This document shows, piece after piece, positions 36,228 through 46,741 of a stretch of 64,000 nucleotides of DNA (positions are counted from its first letter, which is position 1; each line of letters opens with the position of its first letter). The notes under the pieces are model-generated. The model had not been told where the DNA came from. It was given only the letters and a program-made list of their open reading frames with translations, and searched no databases. A program made the translations under genes and the position numbers. Source of the DNA: Candidatus Kapaibacterium sp. (GTDB lineage: Bacteria; Bacteroidota; Ignavibacteria; Kapaibacteriales; WFXC01); the NCBI GenBank assembly GCA_015490805.1, contig WFXC01000002.1, positions 98,437 to 162,436 on the forward strand. Reading direction: 5' to 3'.

Positions 36228-38225
36228 TCATCGTTCAACAAAAACCCAGATGGGATTTGCTATCCACCGTTCAAACAGCATTTGTCCAGCGGGAACGGGA
36301 TAGTACCCTTCCAGTGGAACCGGCAATCCTTCGAAAGCAGCAACAGTCGTCGACGGGATCTGCCACCCCGGTGCCACCACATAGGCTTCCTGCAACCCGC
36401 CCAACGCCTCCAGCTTTGCTGACATTGTGGAGCGGAGTTGTTGCCACAGTGTGGAATGAAAGCGAACGGGATAAAAAGCGAAGCGGTATCGATGCTGCTG
36501 AAGTGCACCTACAGAATCGGATGGAAGTACCCGTACCGTTATGCTTCCCGTTGGCGTCTGAAACACCTGACCATCAAAATCCTCCACCTGAAAGAAAAAG
36601 TGCACCGGCGCAGCAGTAGTTTTCCACCACACAGGAAAACTTGCTAAGTTCCAATCGACGAACGATGGAGGATCGGAAAATCCCTGGAAGATCCATTTTT
36701 GCTCGCCAGCCGTTATGACAATACTCCACCGCTTCACCCCCGCTTCGGCAACCGTCCGCAGATAGAATCGCACTTTCTGAATGTTAGAGATCAACACTGT
36801 ATCCTGTTCGGAGCGCAGCAGCAAGGAATCCCGGTGGGGCATAAGCAGAAAGATATTGCTGGAAGAATGCGGAAAGGCAACGGAAAGTTGCGAAGGAGCA
36901 CCGGCTGCTTCGATCTCCGGAATCACAACGCAGGGGAGGCAGCGGGACAAAAACGATGCGAACCACTGCAATTGTTGGGCAAAGTTCGAAGAGCGAGATG
37001 CGGCTGCTATCCCAAACAACGTGAGAGTATCTGATGGCCGCAATCGTTGCAGTAACCACCGAACTGACGCTGTTCGGCGCGTGGCGCGGAAAAACCATTG
37101 CCACTGCTGCTGACACGGCTGTGCTACTGGTGGCGGGACTGCCGTATCGGCAATGATAATAGCGGACAGTGGAAAATCGAATCGGCGTTCAATCCCAAGG
37201 GTTCCTGCAATGCTCAATACGGTATCCTCTCGCCCACCGCGCGTAACAAGTTTCGGAACAACGGTTGCGGTCAGCAGCGAGCGGGGCATTGGAACTTTTC
37301 GGACGTAGGTCTGATGCACGATCGTTAACGCGATGGTCAAATCTCCAATGGCGTAATGCTCGGTCCGTGCCGTTTCTACCTGAAGCAAGACGGTATCAGT
37401 TGCAATCATCACATCGTAGGTCGTGGTCGTATCCCGCTGATACACTGTGTCACGAAGCAGTTTATGCTGAGGAGGGACTCCCAGTAAATCACCAGAAAGT
37501 TGCACTCCAAGACTGAAGGTCTGGATGCGCCAGTTAGAGTCCGGGAGCACTGCACCGATACTTCGCTGGTAGCGCAGAAAAGCAGAGGCTCGAAGGGTGG
37601 AGGTAATCTTGCCGAAGGTAGCAGCAAACTGGACCCACGGGGTCAGCAAAGGCTGCTGGATCGGCGATAGAATCCCCTCGGCACGCAACTGCTGCCTTGT
37701 ACCGTCGAGGAACGTAGCTTCTGCTGGTGATTGGATTTCTTCCCAATACTGAAAACTGCGACGGGGAAACCAGTACAAAAAACATCCGCCGGTAAAAGCC
37801 ACATTGTCGATGTGCCACGTTACCATTGGCGATATGCCCAGCGGGGCAATTGCCATCTGCACGCGGTGAGCAATGACACCGGAGACGATGGAATCTCCAG
37901 AGCGAATGGCTGGAATACGCTCGGAAGCCTCAAGTTGCGCTGACCAGTTGCTGTATTCTATGATACCTCCAACGGTCAATGTTCTACCGAGTCTATATCC
38001 TAAACCTATGCCGCCAAACCACGTGGCTTGAATCTGGTCGAACCGGAACGGCTCTGCAGCAGGCGGCTTCGAGAACATCGGGAACTGAGCCAATTCCAGG
38101 CGATGTTGATACCACGCCACGCCGGTATAAATCTGCACCTGCAACGGCTGTGCCCAGATGCTACTGGCAAGAATTGTAAAACCCAATAGTCCGATCTGCC
38201 ACCAGTTCCGGTCTGCTTCGATCAT
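36228..38225 (-). CDS. Large secreted/outer-membrane protein of unknown function. Paralog of the OmpA-family protein at 4746-6881, but lacking the OmpA domain.
   Basis: Signal-peptide-like start MIEADRNWWQIGLLGFTILASSIWAQ. Shared blocks with the paralog: LRDTVYQRDTT versus [11 protein letters not shown], and RWSIVITAGEQKWIFQGFSDPPSFVDW...FFFQVEDFDGQVFQTP versus [28 protein letters not shown]...[16 protein letters not shown]. Start overlaps the upstream stop as ATGA (38222-38225). Confidence 0.5.
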   Translation of the reverse strand: MIEADRNWWQIGLLGFTILASSIWAQPLQVQIYTGVAWYQHRLELAQFPMFSKPPAAEPFRFDQIQATWFGGIGLGYRLGRTLTVGGIIEYSNWSAQLEASERIPAIRSGDSIVSGVIAHRVQMAIAPLGISPMVTWHIDNVAFTGGCFLYWFPRRSFQYWEEIQSPAEATFLDGTRQQLRAEGILSPIQQPLLTPWVQFAATFGKITSTLRASAFLRYQRSIGAVLPDSNWRIQTFSLGVQLSGDLLGVPPQHKLLRDTVYQRDTTTTYDVMIATDTVLLQVETARTEHYAIGDLTIALTIVHQTYVRKVPMPRSLLTATVVPKLVTRGGREDTVLSIAGTLGIERRFDFPLSAIIIADTAVPPPVAQPCQQQWQWFFRATRRTASVRWLLQRLRPSDTLTLFGIAAASRSSNFAQQLQWFASFLSRCLPCVVIPEIEAAGAPSQLSVAFPHSSSNIFLLMPHRDSLLLRSEQDTVLISNIQKVRFYLRTVAEAGVKRWSIVITAGEQKWIFQGFSDPPSFVDWNLASFPVWWKTTAAPVHFFFQVEDFDGQVFQTPTGSITVRVLPSDSVGALQQHRYRFAFYPVRFHSTLWQQLRSTMSAKLEALGGLQEAYVVAPGWQIPSTTVAAFEGLPVPLEGYYPVPAGQMLFERWIANPIWVFVER

Positions 38226-40021
38226 TCCACAATCAGCAATCGTGAGCGCGAAAACCGACCGTACTGGCACACCAGCAGGTAGGCACCAGCATTGGGAAAC
38301 CAAGATCTGTCTAAGACAAAATTGAGAGGGAGACGCTGTACAGGAAGAGACAAATCCATTAGCAGCTCACCCGTGAGAAAGTACAGAGCAATATACACTG
38401 AATCAACCCGAACATTGCCTTCAATAGTCACAACGCTGCGATCCCGTAGCGGATTCGGATCAATCCGAACGGAAAAAGGGGCAGCAAATGGATCAATCAA
38501 TCGAGGCAGGTTGTTACGATACCATACACCCCGCAATTCCACGTACCCCGGTTCCATATACTCTGCCACCAATACTCGGTCGTGCTGCTGATTTTCAATC
38601 CACGCACTATCAATCTCTATCCAGGTTCCCAAAGCAGCACCGAGACATACCACAAAGGGAATCGCCGCCACAGTATCCAGCATCTGAAGCTGCGGCTGTT
38701 TCGGTACCAACGGGATCGTGAATCTCCCATATTCCCATCGACCACGTCGTTGAATCTCTACAGCGGTATCAGTCGCCCACAACAGGGTTGCATCCCAGCG
38801 AAGGTAGAGTATTAAGCGGGGGCTCTCAAGAGACTGCAGAATTTTTTGCGCCCCCGGATCCATCAACATCCAGATAGGGACAGCAATCGTATCGCCGCTA
38901 TAAGCCCCAATATCACTACTGCCAATGGTAAAAGTTGCCTGTGACGCCAACCCTTCACCCACCAGCCGAATTCTGTATTGACGCTGGCCATTCAGGAGAA
39001 AAATAAAATTACCTTCAACGACTCCGGGCGTTGTTGGCGTAAAGCGCAACTGGATCCATAAAGTATCGTGTGGCGGTAGCCACACTGTATCCGGTAGCGG
39101 TTGCAGCATTCGGAACACTGGTCGGTCGATGGTAATTGACATGAGAAATTGTTTAGAGTCGGTTCGGTTCACCAATACCAATGTGGTATCTTTTCTCTGC
39201 CGAAGGAAAGTTGCTCCAAAATCCACTATGGGAGTATAAACCAACGGTAGCGGTGGTGGTGTCTCGGGCACCGTCGCTTCTCCAAACACGACAATCCGTC
39301 CCCAATCCGGGGAACGAGCAACCCGGAAATAGAGATAGGTTTTGTGATATCCCGCAGTAGCAGGAGAAAAGGTGATCGTGAAAGTCCGCTGTTCTAAAGC
39401 CCGCAGTGTTGAATCCTGAAAAGACAGGGAAAAAGCAGAGGCAGCAGTATCCAGAAACAGGTAGAAATACCGATCAACTGGAAGATTGTTGGCAATCGTA
39501 AAGCTCGACTGAACCGTCGTTCCCACCGGCGTTGTTCCTACGAACACCACTTGCGGATAGCTTATGTGCTCTAATGCTGTATACTGCTCGCGTCCTTCTC
39601 CTACCAGATAAATGGAAAACATCCACTGTGCAGTGTCCGAGATCACCTTCACGCGCACAGCGCCCAGGTAATGCCGCTCTTGCCGCGGTGTAAATCCTAC
39701 CAGGACAACATATTGGTGTCCGGGCTGAAGTACCAGAACCGAATCCTGCGGATTCGCCAGATAAAACGCACCTTTGAATCCTGTTCGATTGGCCACCATT
39801 AAACGAAAAATCTGGACCTGTCGGGAGGTATTTTTCAGAATAACCAGATCCAGCTCAGAGCGATCGACTGCCACGGAGCCAAAATCAACGGTATCCTGTG
39901 CCAGAGGAACGCTGGATACTGGCAGCGTGTGTTCCTGTGCCCAGAGCACTACTGGGAGCATCAAAATCAGGCATGCCAGAAGGCGTTGAAGCCATTGACT
40001 GCTGCTCTGTTCGATCATCGT
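38222..40021 (-). CDS. T9SS-secreted protein made of repeated DUF1573/ASH-like Ig-fold domains with a type-A T9SS C-terminal domain.
   Basis: Signal peptide (LLACLILMLPVVLWAQ). Repeats such as VDFGSVAVDRSELDLVILKNTSRQ, VVFVGTTPVGTTVQSSFTIANN and IVDFGATFLRQRKDTTLVLVNRTDSKQ. CTD ...SVRIDPNPLRDRSVVTIEG...GAYLLVCQYGRFSRSRLLIVE. Start chosen at MIEQSSSQW (40021). Confidence 0.55.
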   Translation of the reverse strand, partial: TMIEQSSSQWLQRLLACLILMLPVVLWAQEHTLPVSSVPLAQDTVDFGSVAVDRSELDLVILKNTSRQVQIFRLMVANRTGFKGAFYLANPQDSVLVLQPGHQYVVLVGFTPRQERHYLGAVRVKVISDTAQWMFSIYLVGEGREQYTALEHISYPQVVFVGTTPVGTTVQSSFTIANNLPVDRYFYLFLDTAASAFSLSFQDSTLRALEQRTFTITFSPATAGYHKTYLYFRVARSPDWGRIVVFGEATVPETPPPLPLVYTPIVDFGATFLRQRKDTTLVLVNRTDSKQFLMSITIDRPVFRMLQPLPDTVWLPPHDTLWIQLRFTPTTPGVVEGNFIFLLNGQRQYRIRLVGEGLASQATFTIGSSDIGAYSGDTIAVPIWMLMDPGAQKILQSLESPRLILYLRWDATLLWATDTAVEIQRRGRWEYGRFTIPLVPKQPQLQMLDTVAAIPFVVCLGAALGTWIEIDSAWIENQQHDRVLVAEYMEPGYVELRGVWYRNNLPRLIDPFAAPFSVRIDPNPLRDRSVVTIEGNVRVDSVYIALYFLTGELLMDLSLPVQRLPLNFVLDRSWFPNAGAYLLVCQYGRFSRSRLLIVE

Positions 40022-40044
40022 GCTTTCCGGTGCAATGGCATCTT

Positions 40045-42168
40045 CTAATTCTGTTTTTGATACTGCTGCCGTAGCACCCGCCGCATAATTTTGTTCGAAG
40101 CAGTCCGGGGCAATTGCGACAGCAACCGGACATCGGCAATGTGGAATAACGGATTGAGCTGCTGGCGAATTGCGTTTTGAAATTGCTGCTGCCAATACGC
40201 TGGATCATCTGAATGCGATTCGACGACGGCAAAGATCACCAGTTGCTGCGGTCCCCCCTGCGGCGGCGTAATGCCCACCGCTGCTGTCTCCCACACACCT
40301 TCCAGTGCGTTAAGCACTCGCTCTATTTCAACGGAACTCACTTTGATCCCTCCCAGATTCATCGTATCATCCGCTCGCCCGTGGGCACGATAATACCAGC
40401 CGGGCAGCCGCTCCATTTCATCACCGTGCCGACGTAAGACGGGCGGAGCATCCCATTGCGCAAACTGATCCAATACCGGCGTGCCAAGGGCACCTACCAT
40501 TGCCCCCGATACTGGCGGTGTTCCGGCAAAATATTCCTGATGGTGATCGCGATTCAATAGTTGCACCGACAGCCCAATCGTGGGAGGTACAATAAAAATT
40601 TCTCCTCGATCTGACGGGTTGCCCGAATCATCCAGAATGACAAAATCCATTGCGATCGAGGGAGTGGTAAACGTGGAAGGAACGGCTGGATGGACTACTG
40701 TCCCCGTGATATAGCCCCCCCCAATCTCCGTTCCGCCACAGTATTCGATGACCGGTTTATAGTGCGCCTGGACCATCAGCCAGAAGTAGTCTTCTGCATT
40801 GGAGGCTTCACCAGTCGAGCTAAACAGTCGCAATTGCCGCCAGTCAGTATTCGCAGTGGCATTTTTTTCCCGCCACCGCTTCACCAGGCTGGGCACGACC
40901 CCCAGCATTGTTACCTGCGTTCGCTCGACAAACTGGCAGAATGCTGCCGTCGCAGGATTGCCATCGTAAAGTGCCATTGCTGCCTTGTTCAGCAGGCTGG
41001 CAAAAATCAGCCACGGACCCATCATCCAGCCGAGATTGGTGGGCCAGGCTAACCGATCATCGGGATGGATATCGTGATGAAAGAAAGCATCCGCAGCACA
41101 TCGAAGCGGCGTGGTATGATTCCAGGGAATGGCTTTCGGATCCCCGGTTGTTCCGGAAGAAAACAGGATGTTGATCATCGTCATTGGGTCCGTAATAGCC
41201 GGTTCAGGATCTGCTTCTGCGGTGAGAAATTCGTCCCACTGAATATCGCGAGGGCGGAGTTGTACGCTGAGTGTATCGTACGGCAGCACAATGGCAGTTT
41301 CTGCTGCTGCCTCCACAACCTTGTCGTATAGTGGTAGCGGTTTTCCACCTCGCACCTGCACATCCTGCGTTACAATCGTACGGGCACCGGCAATTGCCAT
41401 CCGCCGCTGGACTTCAGCCGGTGCCAGGCTATCAGCAATCGAAACTACCACACCCCCTGCAAGAATGATTCCCAGATACCAGGCAACTGCCCAGTGATTC
41501 ATCGGCATATAAATCGCAATGCGCTCGCCCGGCTGCATCCCCCGCTGCTGCAAAGCAGCAGCAATACGGTGGGTCCAGTACCACAGCTCTTCATAGCTCC
41601 ACTGCACTGATTGCCCATCTTCCCGCTCACCGATCAGCGCCAGAGTATCGGGATGCGCCTGGAAACAGCTCTCCACAATATTCATTTGCGCATCTGGCAA
41701 CCATACCGGCGTTTCCAGTTGCCCTGGTATCGTCACCACCGCTTCTGCTGGTTGCCGGAGACGCACGCCGATTTTTTCCAGAAACCACTGCCAGAAAGCT
41801 CGCCTGTCCGTCACACTCCAGCGGTGCAACGCCTCATAATGCTCAAACCCCAGCTCCGCACAGACCTGCGTAATGTTTGCCCGCTCGATCACCGCTGGTG
41901 ACGGAATCCACACTGGCGCCGGACGCTGCTGCGCATTCCAAGAGCGAAAGATCCACCGGTGCAGGAGCTGGTGGAGGGCAAAAGGGTAAGTGGGGGAAAG
42001 CTGCTGGGTTAAATGCAACCACTGTTTTTCAGGATCAGCAGATACTGCCTCCGCTGCTTGCAATGACGCTTCAATCGATGCCACTGCTTGTGAATCCCCC
42101 GACAGTAACGATGCAATGTGCGCTTGCAATTGTTCTCGTTCCATTTTCGCCATCAGTTGTTTTTCCAA
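40045..42168 (-). CDS. AMP-forming acyl-CoA synthetase (acetyl/acetoacetyl/propionyl-CoA synthetase-like) with an ACAS_N-type N-terminal domain.
   Basis: ERIAIYMPM, SSGTTGDPK-like P-loop (FSSGTTGDPKAI), conserved core through ...GGIKVSSVEIE. Confidence 0.8.
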   Translation of the reverse strand: MEKQLMAKMEREQLQAHIASLLSGDSQAVASIEASLQAAEAVSADPEKQWLHLTQQLSPTYPFALHQLLHRWIFRSWNAQQRPAPVWIPSPAVIERANITQVCAELGFEHYEALHRWSVTDRRAFWQWFLEKIGVRLRQPAEAVVTIPGQLETPVWLPDAQMNIVESCFQAHPDTLALIGEREDGQSVQWSYEELWYWTHRIAAALQQRGMQPGERIAIYMPMNHWAVAWYLGIILAGGVVVSIADSLAPAEVQRRMAIAGARTIVTQDVQVRGGKPLPLYDKVVEAAAETAIVLPYDTLSVQLRPRDIQWDEFLTAEADPEPAITDPMTMINILFSSGTTGDPKAIPWNHTTPLRCAADAFFHHDIHPDDRLAWPTNLGWMMGPWLIFASLLNKAAMALYDGNPATAAFCQFVERTQVTMLGVVPSLVKRWREKNATANTDWRQLRLFSSTGEASNAEDYFWLMVQAHYKPVIEYCGGTEIGGGYITGTVVHPAVPSTFTTPSIAMDFVILDDSGNPSDRGEIFIVPPTIGLSVQLLNRDHHQEYFAGTPPVSGAMVGALGTPVLDQFAQWDAPPVLRRHGDEMERLPGWYYRAHGRADDTMNLGGIKVSSVEIERVLNALEGVWETAAVGITPPQGGPQQLVIFAVVESHSDDPAYWQQQFQNAIRQQLNPLFHIADVRLLSQLPRTASNKIMRRVLRQQYQKQN

Positions 42169-42357
42169 ACGGTAAATTTAACAAGTTTGGCGGAATAAGG
42201 CGGCGGATGCTCTGAAAGCTGGATGTTCCCTCAGGCATAGACTTGACTCTACTTGCAACCTCTCATCACAATGCAACGCTGGCACCTCAGACACCGCTCG
42301 CACTGGTTATCGTGAAGGAGTTTCGATAGCCACAAAGAGGCTACTATCGGTGGAGTG

Positions 42358-43173
42358 CTATAAAGTCTTCAACAACGGATACCGATCCAGCAACGATGGA
42401 TTCCACACGCAGACAAAGCCATTGGTATGCTTCAAATCCGGGGTGTTATACCGCAGTGGCTGCCCACGGGACAGCACCATTCCACCAATGGCATTGAGGA
42501 TCGCATGTCCGGCCGCCGTATCCCACTCCCACACAGGCGAAGAGCGATAGTAGAGATCCGCCTGCTTTTCTGCCACCAGACAGAATTTCAGTGCGCTACC
42601 GATGCGGCGAATCTCGGTGACGCCTAACTGCTGCAGAACCTGCTCCTCTTCTGGTTTTGCGTGCGACCGACTGCCCACAGCAATGAGCCCATCGTGATGC
42701 TCTTCGGATGTTTGCCGCAGCAAATGAACGATCTGTCCGCCCTGTTGCTTCCACGCCCCATATCCCTGAGCACCCCAGTACATCGTTTGCAAAGCCGGGG
42801 CATAGACCACTCCAGCGACCGGTATGTCGCGATGGAGCAAGGCAATGTTTACTGTGAATTCTCCGTTCCGACTGATGAATTCTTTGGTACCATCCAGCGG
42901 ATCGACCAGCCAGAAAAAAGACCACTGTTGCCGCTGCTCATAGGGAACGGCTGGTGCTTCTTCCGAAACGATGGGAATATCGGGGAAATGGAGCTGCAAT
43001 TGGCGAAGAATAAGTTGGTGGGAACGTCGATCTGCTACTGTAATAGGTGAATCATCGGATTTTCTCTCCACCTTGACAGTTGATCCCCGATACACCTCCA
43101 GAATCTCTTTCCCCGCTGAATGTGCAATGGTGGTTATAACTTCCAGAACAGCCTGCATCGATACGTCCTGCAT
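42358..43173 (-). CDS. cysQ: 3'(2'),5'-bisphosphate nucleotidase (CysQ, inositol monophosphatase superfamily).
   Basis: WLVDPLDGTKEFI and WEWDTAAGHAIL motifs. Confidence 0.8.
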   Translation of the reverse strand: MQDVSMQAVLEVITTIAHSAGKEILEVYRGSTVKVERKSDDSPITVADRRSHQLILRQLQLHFPDIPIVSEEAPAVPYEQRQQWSFFWLVDPLDGTKEFISRNGEFTVNIALLHRDIPVAGVVYAPALQTMYWGAQGYGAWKQQGGQIVHLLRQTSEEHHDGLIAVGSRSHAKPEEEQVLQQLGVTEIRRIGSALKFCLVAEKQADLYYRSSPVWEWDTAAGHAILNAIGGMVLSRGQPLRYNTPDLKHTNGFVCVWNPSLLDRYPLLKTL

Positions 43174-43225
43174 CTTTCAGCACCATTGGTAAACTTCCAA
43201 GGTTGGCAGCAACCAGGAGCGGGAG

Positions 43226-43311
43226 CACCTGACCGTGCCCGGGGCGGGACTCGAACCCGCACGGGGAAAACTCCCCACAGGATTTTAAGTCCTGTGCGTC
43301 TACCAATTTCG
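43226..43311 (-). tRNA. tRNA-Leu (anticodon UAA).
   Basis: Minus-strand cloverleaf: GCCCGGG acceptor stem, anticodon loop CUUAAAA, long variable arm (GGGGAGUUUUCCCCG), T-loop GUUCGAGUC, discriminator A. CCA is not encoded. Confidence 0.9.
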
Positions 43312-43497
43312 CCACCCGGGCACTCTCTATGGCATTGCGAAGGTGGTAACGGATAGCCCCCGCCAGAAATTGTGCCGGCTGCCTGCCCATCCTCCGGATG
43401 AAATGGGTTCCCTGAACGGACACAGCGCTGAACTTTGTCCCTTTATCACTTCGGCCTCGCAACTAATACTTTCCATAGACGGGAAGGGGACAACATT

Positions 43498-44508
43498 TTA
43501 TGCTTGCTGTCGGTTGCGCACCAACTGTTCTGCTAACCGCAGGGCTGCCGCACAACTGGCAGGATTCGCTATCCCCTTGCCAGCTATGTCATAAGCAGTG
43601 CCGTGGTCTGGCGAGGTTCGAACAAACGGCAGTCCAGCAGTAGTGTTCACTGCCTCGCCGTGTGCCAGCAGTTTTAAAGGAATGAGTCCCTGATCGTGAT
43701 ACAGTGCCAAGGTAGCAGTAAACTGTCGATACCGCTGCTGTCCAAAAAACGCATCGGCCGCAAATGGTCCTTCAACAGCTATGCCATCCTGCTGCGCCAT
43801 ACGAATAGCGGGAACAATAATCTCCTGCTCTTCCGTTCCCAGCAGTCCGCTCTCACCAGCGTGTGGGTTCAGCCCCAGGACGGCAATGGCAGGCTGCGCA
43901 CAGGCAAAATCCCGGCGCAATGTTGCTGCCAGCAATTGCAACTGGCGGTGCAAAAGAGAAGATGAAATCGCCGTCGCCACTTCCCGCAGTGGAATATGGA
44001 TGGTTGCTAAGGCAATGATCAACTGGGGAGACCAAAAAATCATCAGGTACGAAGAAACCTGAAAACGATGAGCAAACCAGTCTGTCTGTCCCGCCGCTGA
44101 AAACCCCACCTGCGCCAGCGAATGTTTCGATACCGGCAGGGTAACCAGCGCATCCAACTGCCCACGCTCCATCCAGCCAGCTGCTGCTTGTAATGCATTG
44201 TATGCTAACCGTGCTGCCTGCGGCGTGGGAACACCAAACTGGACGGGAGCAGCCGGTTCCACGGGCACGATCGCTATTTTGTGCTGTGCAACGATCAAAT
44301 GCGATGCTGTCTGATGTATAGCAATGTCTAATGGCAGCAATTGAAGGGCCTGCCCAAGCGTTTCCGGGTGGACAAACAAGTACCATTCAACATCCTGCTG
44401 TTCATCGTGTTCAGCTATGGCTTTCAAAAAGACTTCCAGGCCAATGCCATTGCAATCGCCGCACGTAATTCCGACACGCAGTTTGCTGCTTCCTACTATC
44501 GTCCACAC
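43498..44508 (-). CDS. pdxA: 4-hydroxythreonine-4-phosphate dehydrogenase.
   Basis: GDCNGIGLEV, GLNPHAGE and HGTAYDIAGKG motifs. Confidence 0.85.
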   Translation of the reverse strand: MWTIVGSSKLRVGITCGDCNGIGLEVFLKAIAEHDEQQDVEWYLFVHPETLGQALQLLPLDIAIHQTASHLIVAQHKIAIVPVEPAAPVQFGVPTPQAARLAYNALQAAAGWMERGQLDALVTLPVSKHSLAQVGFSAAGQTDWFAHRFQVSSYLMIFWSPQLIIALATIHIPLREVATAISSSLLHRQLQLLAATLRRDFACAQPAIAVLGLNPHAGESGLLGTEEQEIIVPAIRMAQQDGIAVEGPFAADAFFGQQRYRQFTATLALYHDQGLIPLKLLAHGEAVNTTAGLPFVRTSPDHGTAYDIAGKGIANPASCAAALRLAEQLVRNRQQA

Positions 44509-44634
44509 TACTTACGGATCTCTCTGCGAAGATCACCTTCTCCTCGCAGCTGTTTTCGAAGCTGTCTTACGTTCTCCACACCCCACCATTTTGCCAGACA
44601 CCGACCTCGCTCTCCCGTCCTTCTTCTCCTTTTC

Positions 44635-46713
44635 TTAAGGTTGTACGACAAAAGGAATCAAGACACGACCACCCTGCCATTGAATCTCACAGCCATACCA
44701 TCCAGGTTGGAGCCGGAATGGTAAAGCAACCATTGCATTACCTGATGAAAAACGCTGTTGTCGCTCCCAAAGCTTTTGGCCTCTGATATCATACAAGCGC
44801 ACCTGAGCACTACCTAAGTTCACAGCCTTGTGGCTAATAAGCAAACGCTGGAGATGCGGAAAATATTGAACCATAGGATGGCGAGATATTTCCTCCAACT
44901 CTCTAACAGATGTCACCACCTGCTTCTCACTGAGCACTTTGTCCTGCGGATCCAGTTCCACATCATTGACGGCAAAAGGAAGGGTAAAAGTAAACACTTG
45001 TACTTTCTGATCGTTAAGCACCTTCTTGATGATTTTATCCCCCGCTGCACTCTGAAATTGAATTTCCAGCGGCATCACAAAAACTTCGGGGACACGCAGT
45101 CCCACCTGAACCTGCCGGATTGTCACCTCGGCTCTTGTTCGATCTTCGCTCAAACTGACGGTCACAGCATACTGCGGATGTCCTGCCTGATACACCCACT
45201 GATCAAAGAAGGTTGTGAAGTCGACAGGAGGATCGGCAATCACATCCTCAAACGCCTGGCGAAAGTCTTCGGTCGCAGCATTGCCATAAGCGTGTTTAGT
45301 TAAATACCAGCGGATAGCACGATAAAAAGCAGAGTCGCCAACTAATTGTCGAAGCATATGATAAATCCATCCCGCTTTGGCATAGGTAGTAGCATAGTTA
45401 AACAACTGTTGGGGTGGCGGATTGTATACGGGAATAGTATTGTTGCCCTGCAGATACGCAGAACGATGGCGCATCAACCGTCGTCGGTATCCTTCCCATC
45501 CACTTTGAGCTTCTTCCCACAGCGCTTCGCCATATGTTGCTCCCCCTTCGTTAAGCCACAGATCTGCCCATGTCTTGCACGTTACTTTATCCCCAAACCA
45601 CTGGTGCGCCAACTCATGAGCAATTCCCGGATCTTGACCGCGCAACCATACCCGATTAATCGTCGTCATTGTTTGGTGTTCCATACCACCATAGAAGTAC
45701 GGTTGCACCGCTACCATTCCATACTTTTCAAAGGGATAGTCTCCCAGCCGTTCCTCAAACGCTCGCATCATTTTCAACATATTGCGAAAGGCGAACGGAG
45801 CATTGTAATCTCCTGCTGCCGTTCCTTCGTAATCTGGGCGCCATACATAGTACTGAATCTCCAGAGAATCATCAGGATTACTTACTCGATAATACCATTC
45901 AGACCAGAAGAAAAATTTTGATGCATTGGCTACCATCAAGTATGGCGGGATTGGATACTGGTGCTGCCACACAAACGTGCGACTTCCATCAGGGTGAGAA
46001 ATAGTATCGACCACAATACCATTGGACGCTGTGATAAATCCTTCTGGAACTCGAATAGCAATTTCCGCCAGTGCTTTATCATCCGGCACATCGTTGCACG
46101 GGAACCAGAAGTGGGCATCCTCTGGCTCGCTCATAGTGTATGCTAATTGCTCCTCAACCCGTACCGTATCGCCATTTCGGATCCCAACAAACATCCCTTT
46201 AGGAAAGAGAAAAAAACCCCGATCCGCTGTGCCCATTGTACTGTAAAAGATCTGTACTTCCACCGTATCCCCGCGATGAAGTATCTTATCAACCGCTGAC
46301 AAATCCAGCGTAAACTGCTCATCGATGATTTCCACCAAATCAGGGTAGCGAACGCCATCGATGAACACCGAGTCAATCGTCATCCCGCCAGCATCAACTA
46401 CGATGGTTTCAACTGTGTCCGCTGTTGCAACAATGAGCATTCTGTTGATACCATTATAGCGACGATCTTCGGGCAGCAGAGCCGTACCGCTTAGGGGATT
46501 GCGCCAATCCAGAAAGAGTGCATATCGCAGCACATCGTAATTTTTGGGTTCAATCCACGCTGAACGCACAGGAGGTTGCTGCAAAGCTCGCTGACACGGT
46601 TTTTCCACTGATGGCTCTGTAAAAATCCAATCATTCGGAAGCTGCGCGGTAGCAATGGTTACAGCAATACCCAGCAGCCCTATCAAAAATAGCCTTCGCA
46701 TTGCGCTTTGCAT
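44635..46713 (-). CDS. M1 family aminopeptidase (aminopeptidase N-like) with a T9SS type-A C-terminal sorting domain.
   Basis: HELAHQWFGD...WLNEGGATY (HExxH-18-E). Signal peptide. CTD VRLYDIRGQKLWERQQRFSSGNAMVALPFRLQPGWYGCEIQWQGGRVLIPFVVQP. GAGGAG RBS before ATG 46713. Confidence 0.85.
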   Translation of the reverse strand: MQSAMRRLFLIGLLGIAVTIATAQLPNDWIFTEPSVEKPCQRALQQPPVRSAWIEPKNYDVLRYALFLDWRNPLSGTALLPEDRRYNGINRMLIVATADTVETIVVDAGGMTIDSVFIDGVRYPDLVEIIDEQFTLDLSAVDKILHRGDTVEVQIFYSTMGTADRGFFLFPKGMFVGIRNGDTVRVEEQLAYTMSEPEDAHFWFPCNDVPDDKALAEIAIRVPEGFITASNGIVVDTISHPDGSRTFVWQHQYPIPPYLMVANASKFFFWSEWYYRVSNPDDSLEIQYYVWRPDYEGTAAGDYNAPFAFRNMLKMMRAFEERLGDYPFEKYGMVAVQPYFYGGMEHQTMTTINRVWLRGQDPGIAHELAHQWFGDKVTCKTWADLWLNEGGATYGEALWEEAQSGWEGYRRRLMRHRSAYLQGNNTIPVYNPPPQQLFNYATTYAKAGWIYHMLRQLVGDSAFYRAIRWYLTKHAYGNAATEDFRQAFEDVIADPPVDFTTFFDQWVYQAGHPQYAVTVSLSEDRTRAEVTIRQVQVGLRVPEVFVMPLEIQFQSAAGDKIIKKVLNDQKVQVFTFTLPFAVNDVELDPQDKVLSEKQVVTSVRELEEISRHPMVQYFPHLQRLLISHKAVNLGSAQVRLYDIRGQKLWERQQRFSSGNAMVALPFRLQPGWYGCEIQWQGGRVLIPFVVQP

Positions 46714-46741
46714 TGTTTGCTCCTCACTTGTTGTTAATCTT

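Noticed and set aside
35984-36619. 211-aa plus-strand ORF spanning the M16 partner's 3' end and the convergent outer-membrane protein gene.
   Set aside because: It overlaps two better-supported genes, is Arg/Pro/Ser-rich and lacks motifs.
42300-42357. Hairpin CGATAG...CTATCG downstream of cysQ as a terminator.
   Set aside because: There is no following U-run on the transcribed strand, so it is a weak or unlikely intrinsic terminator.
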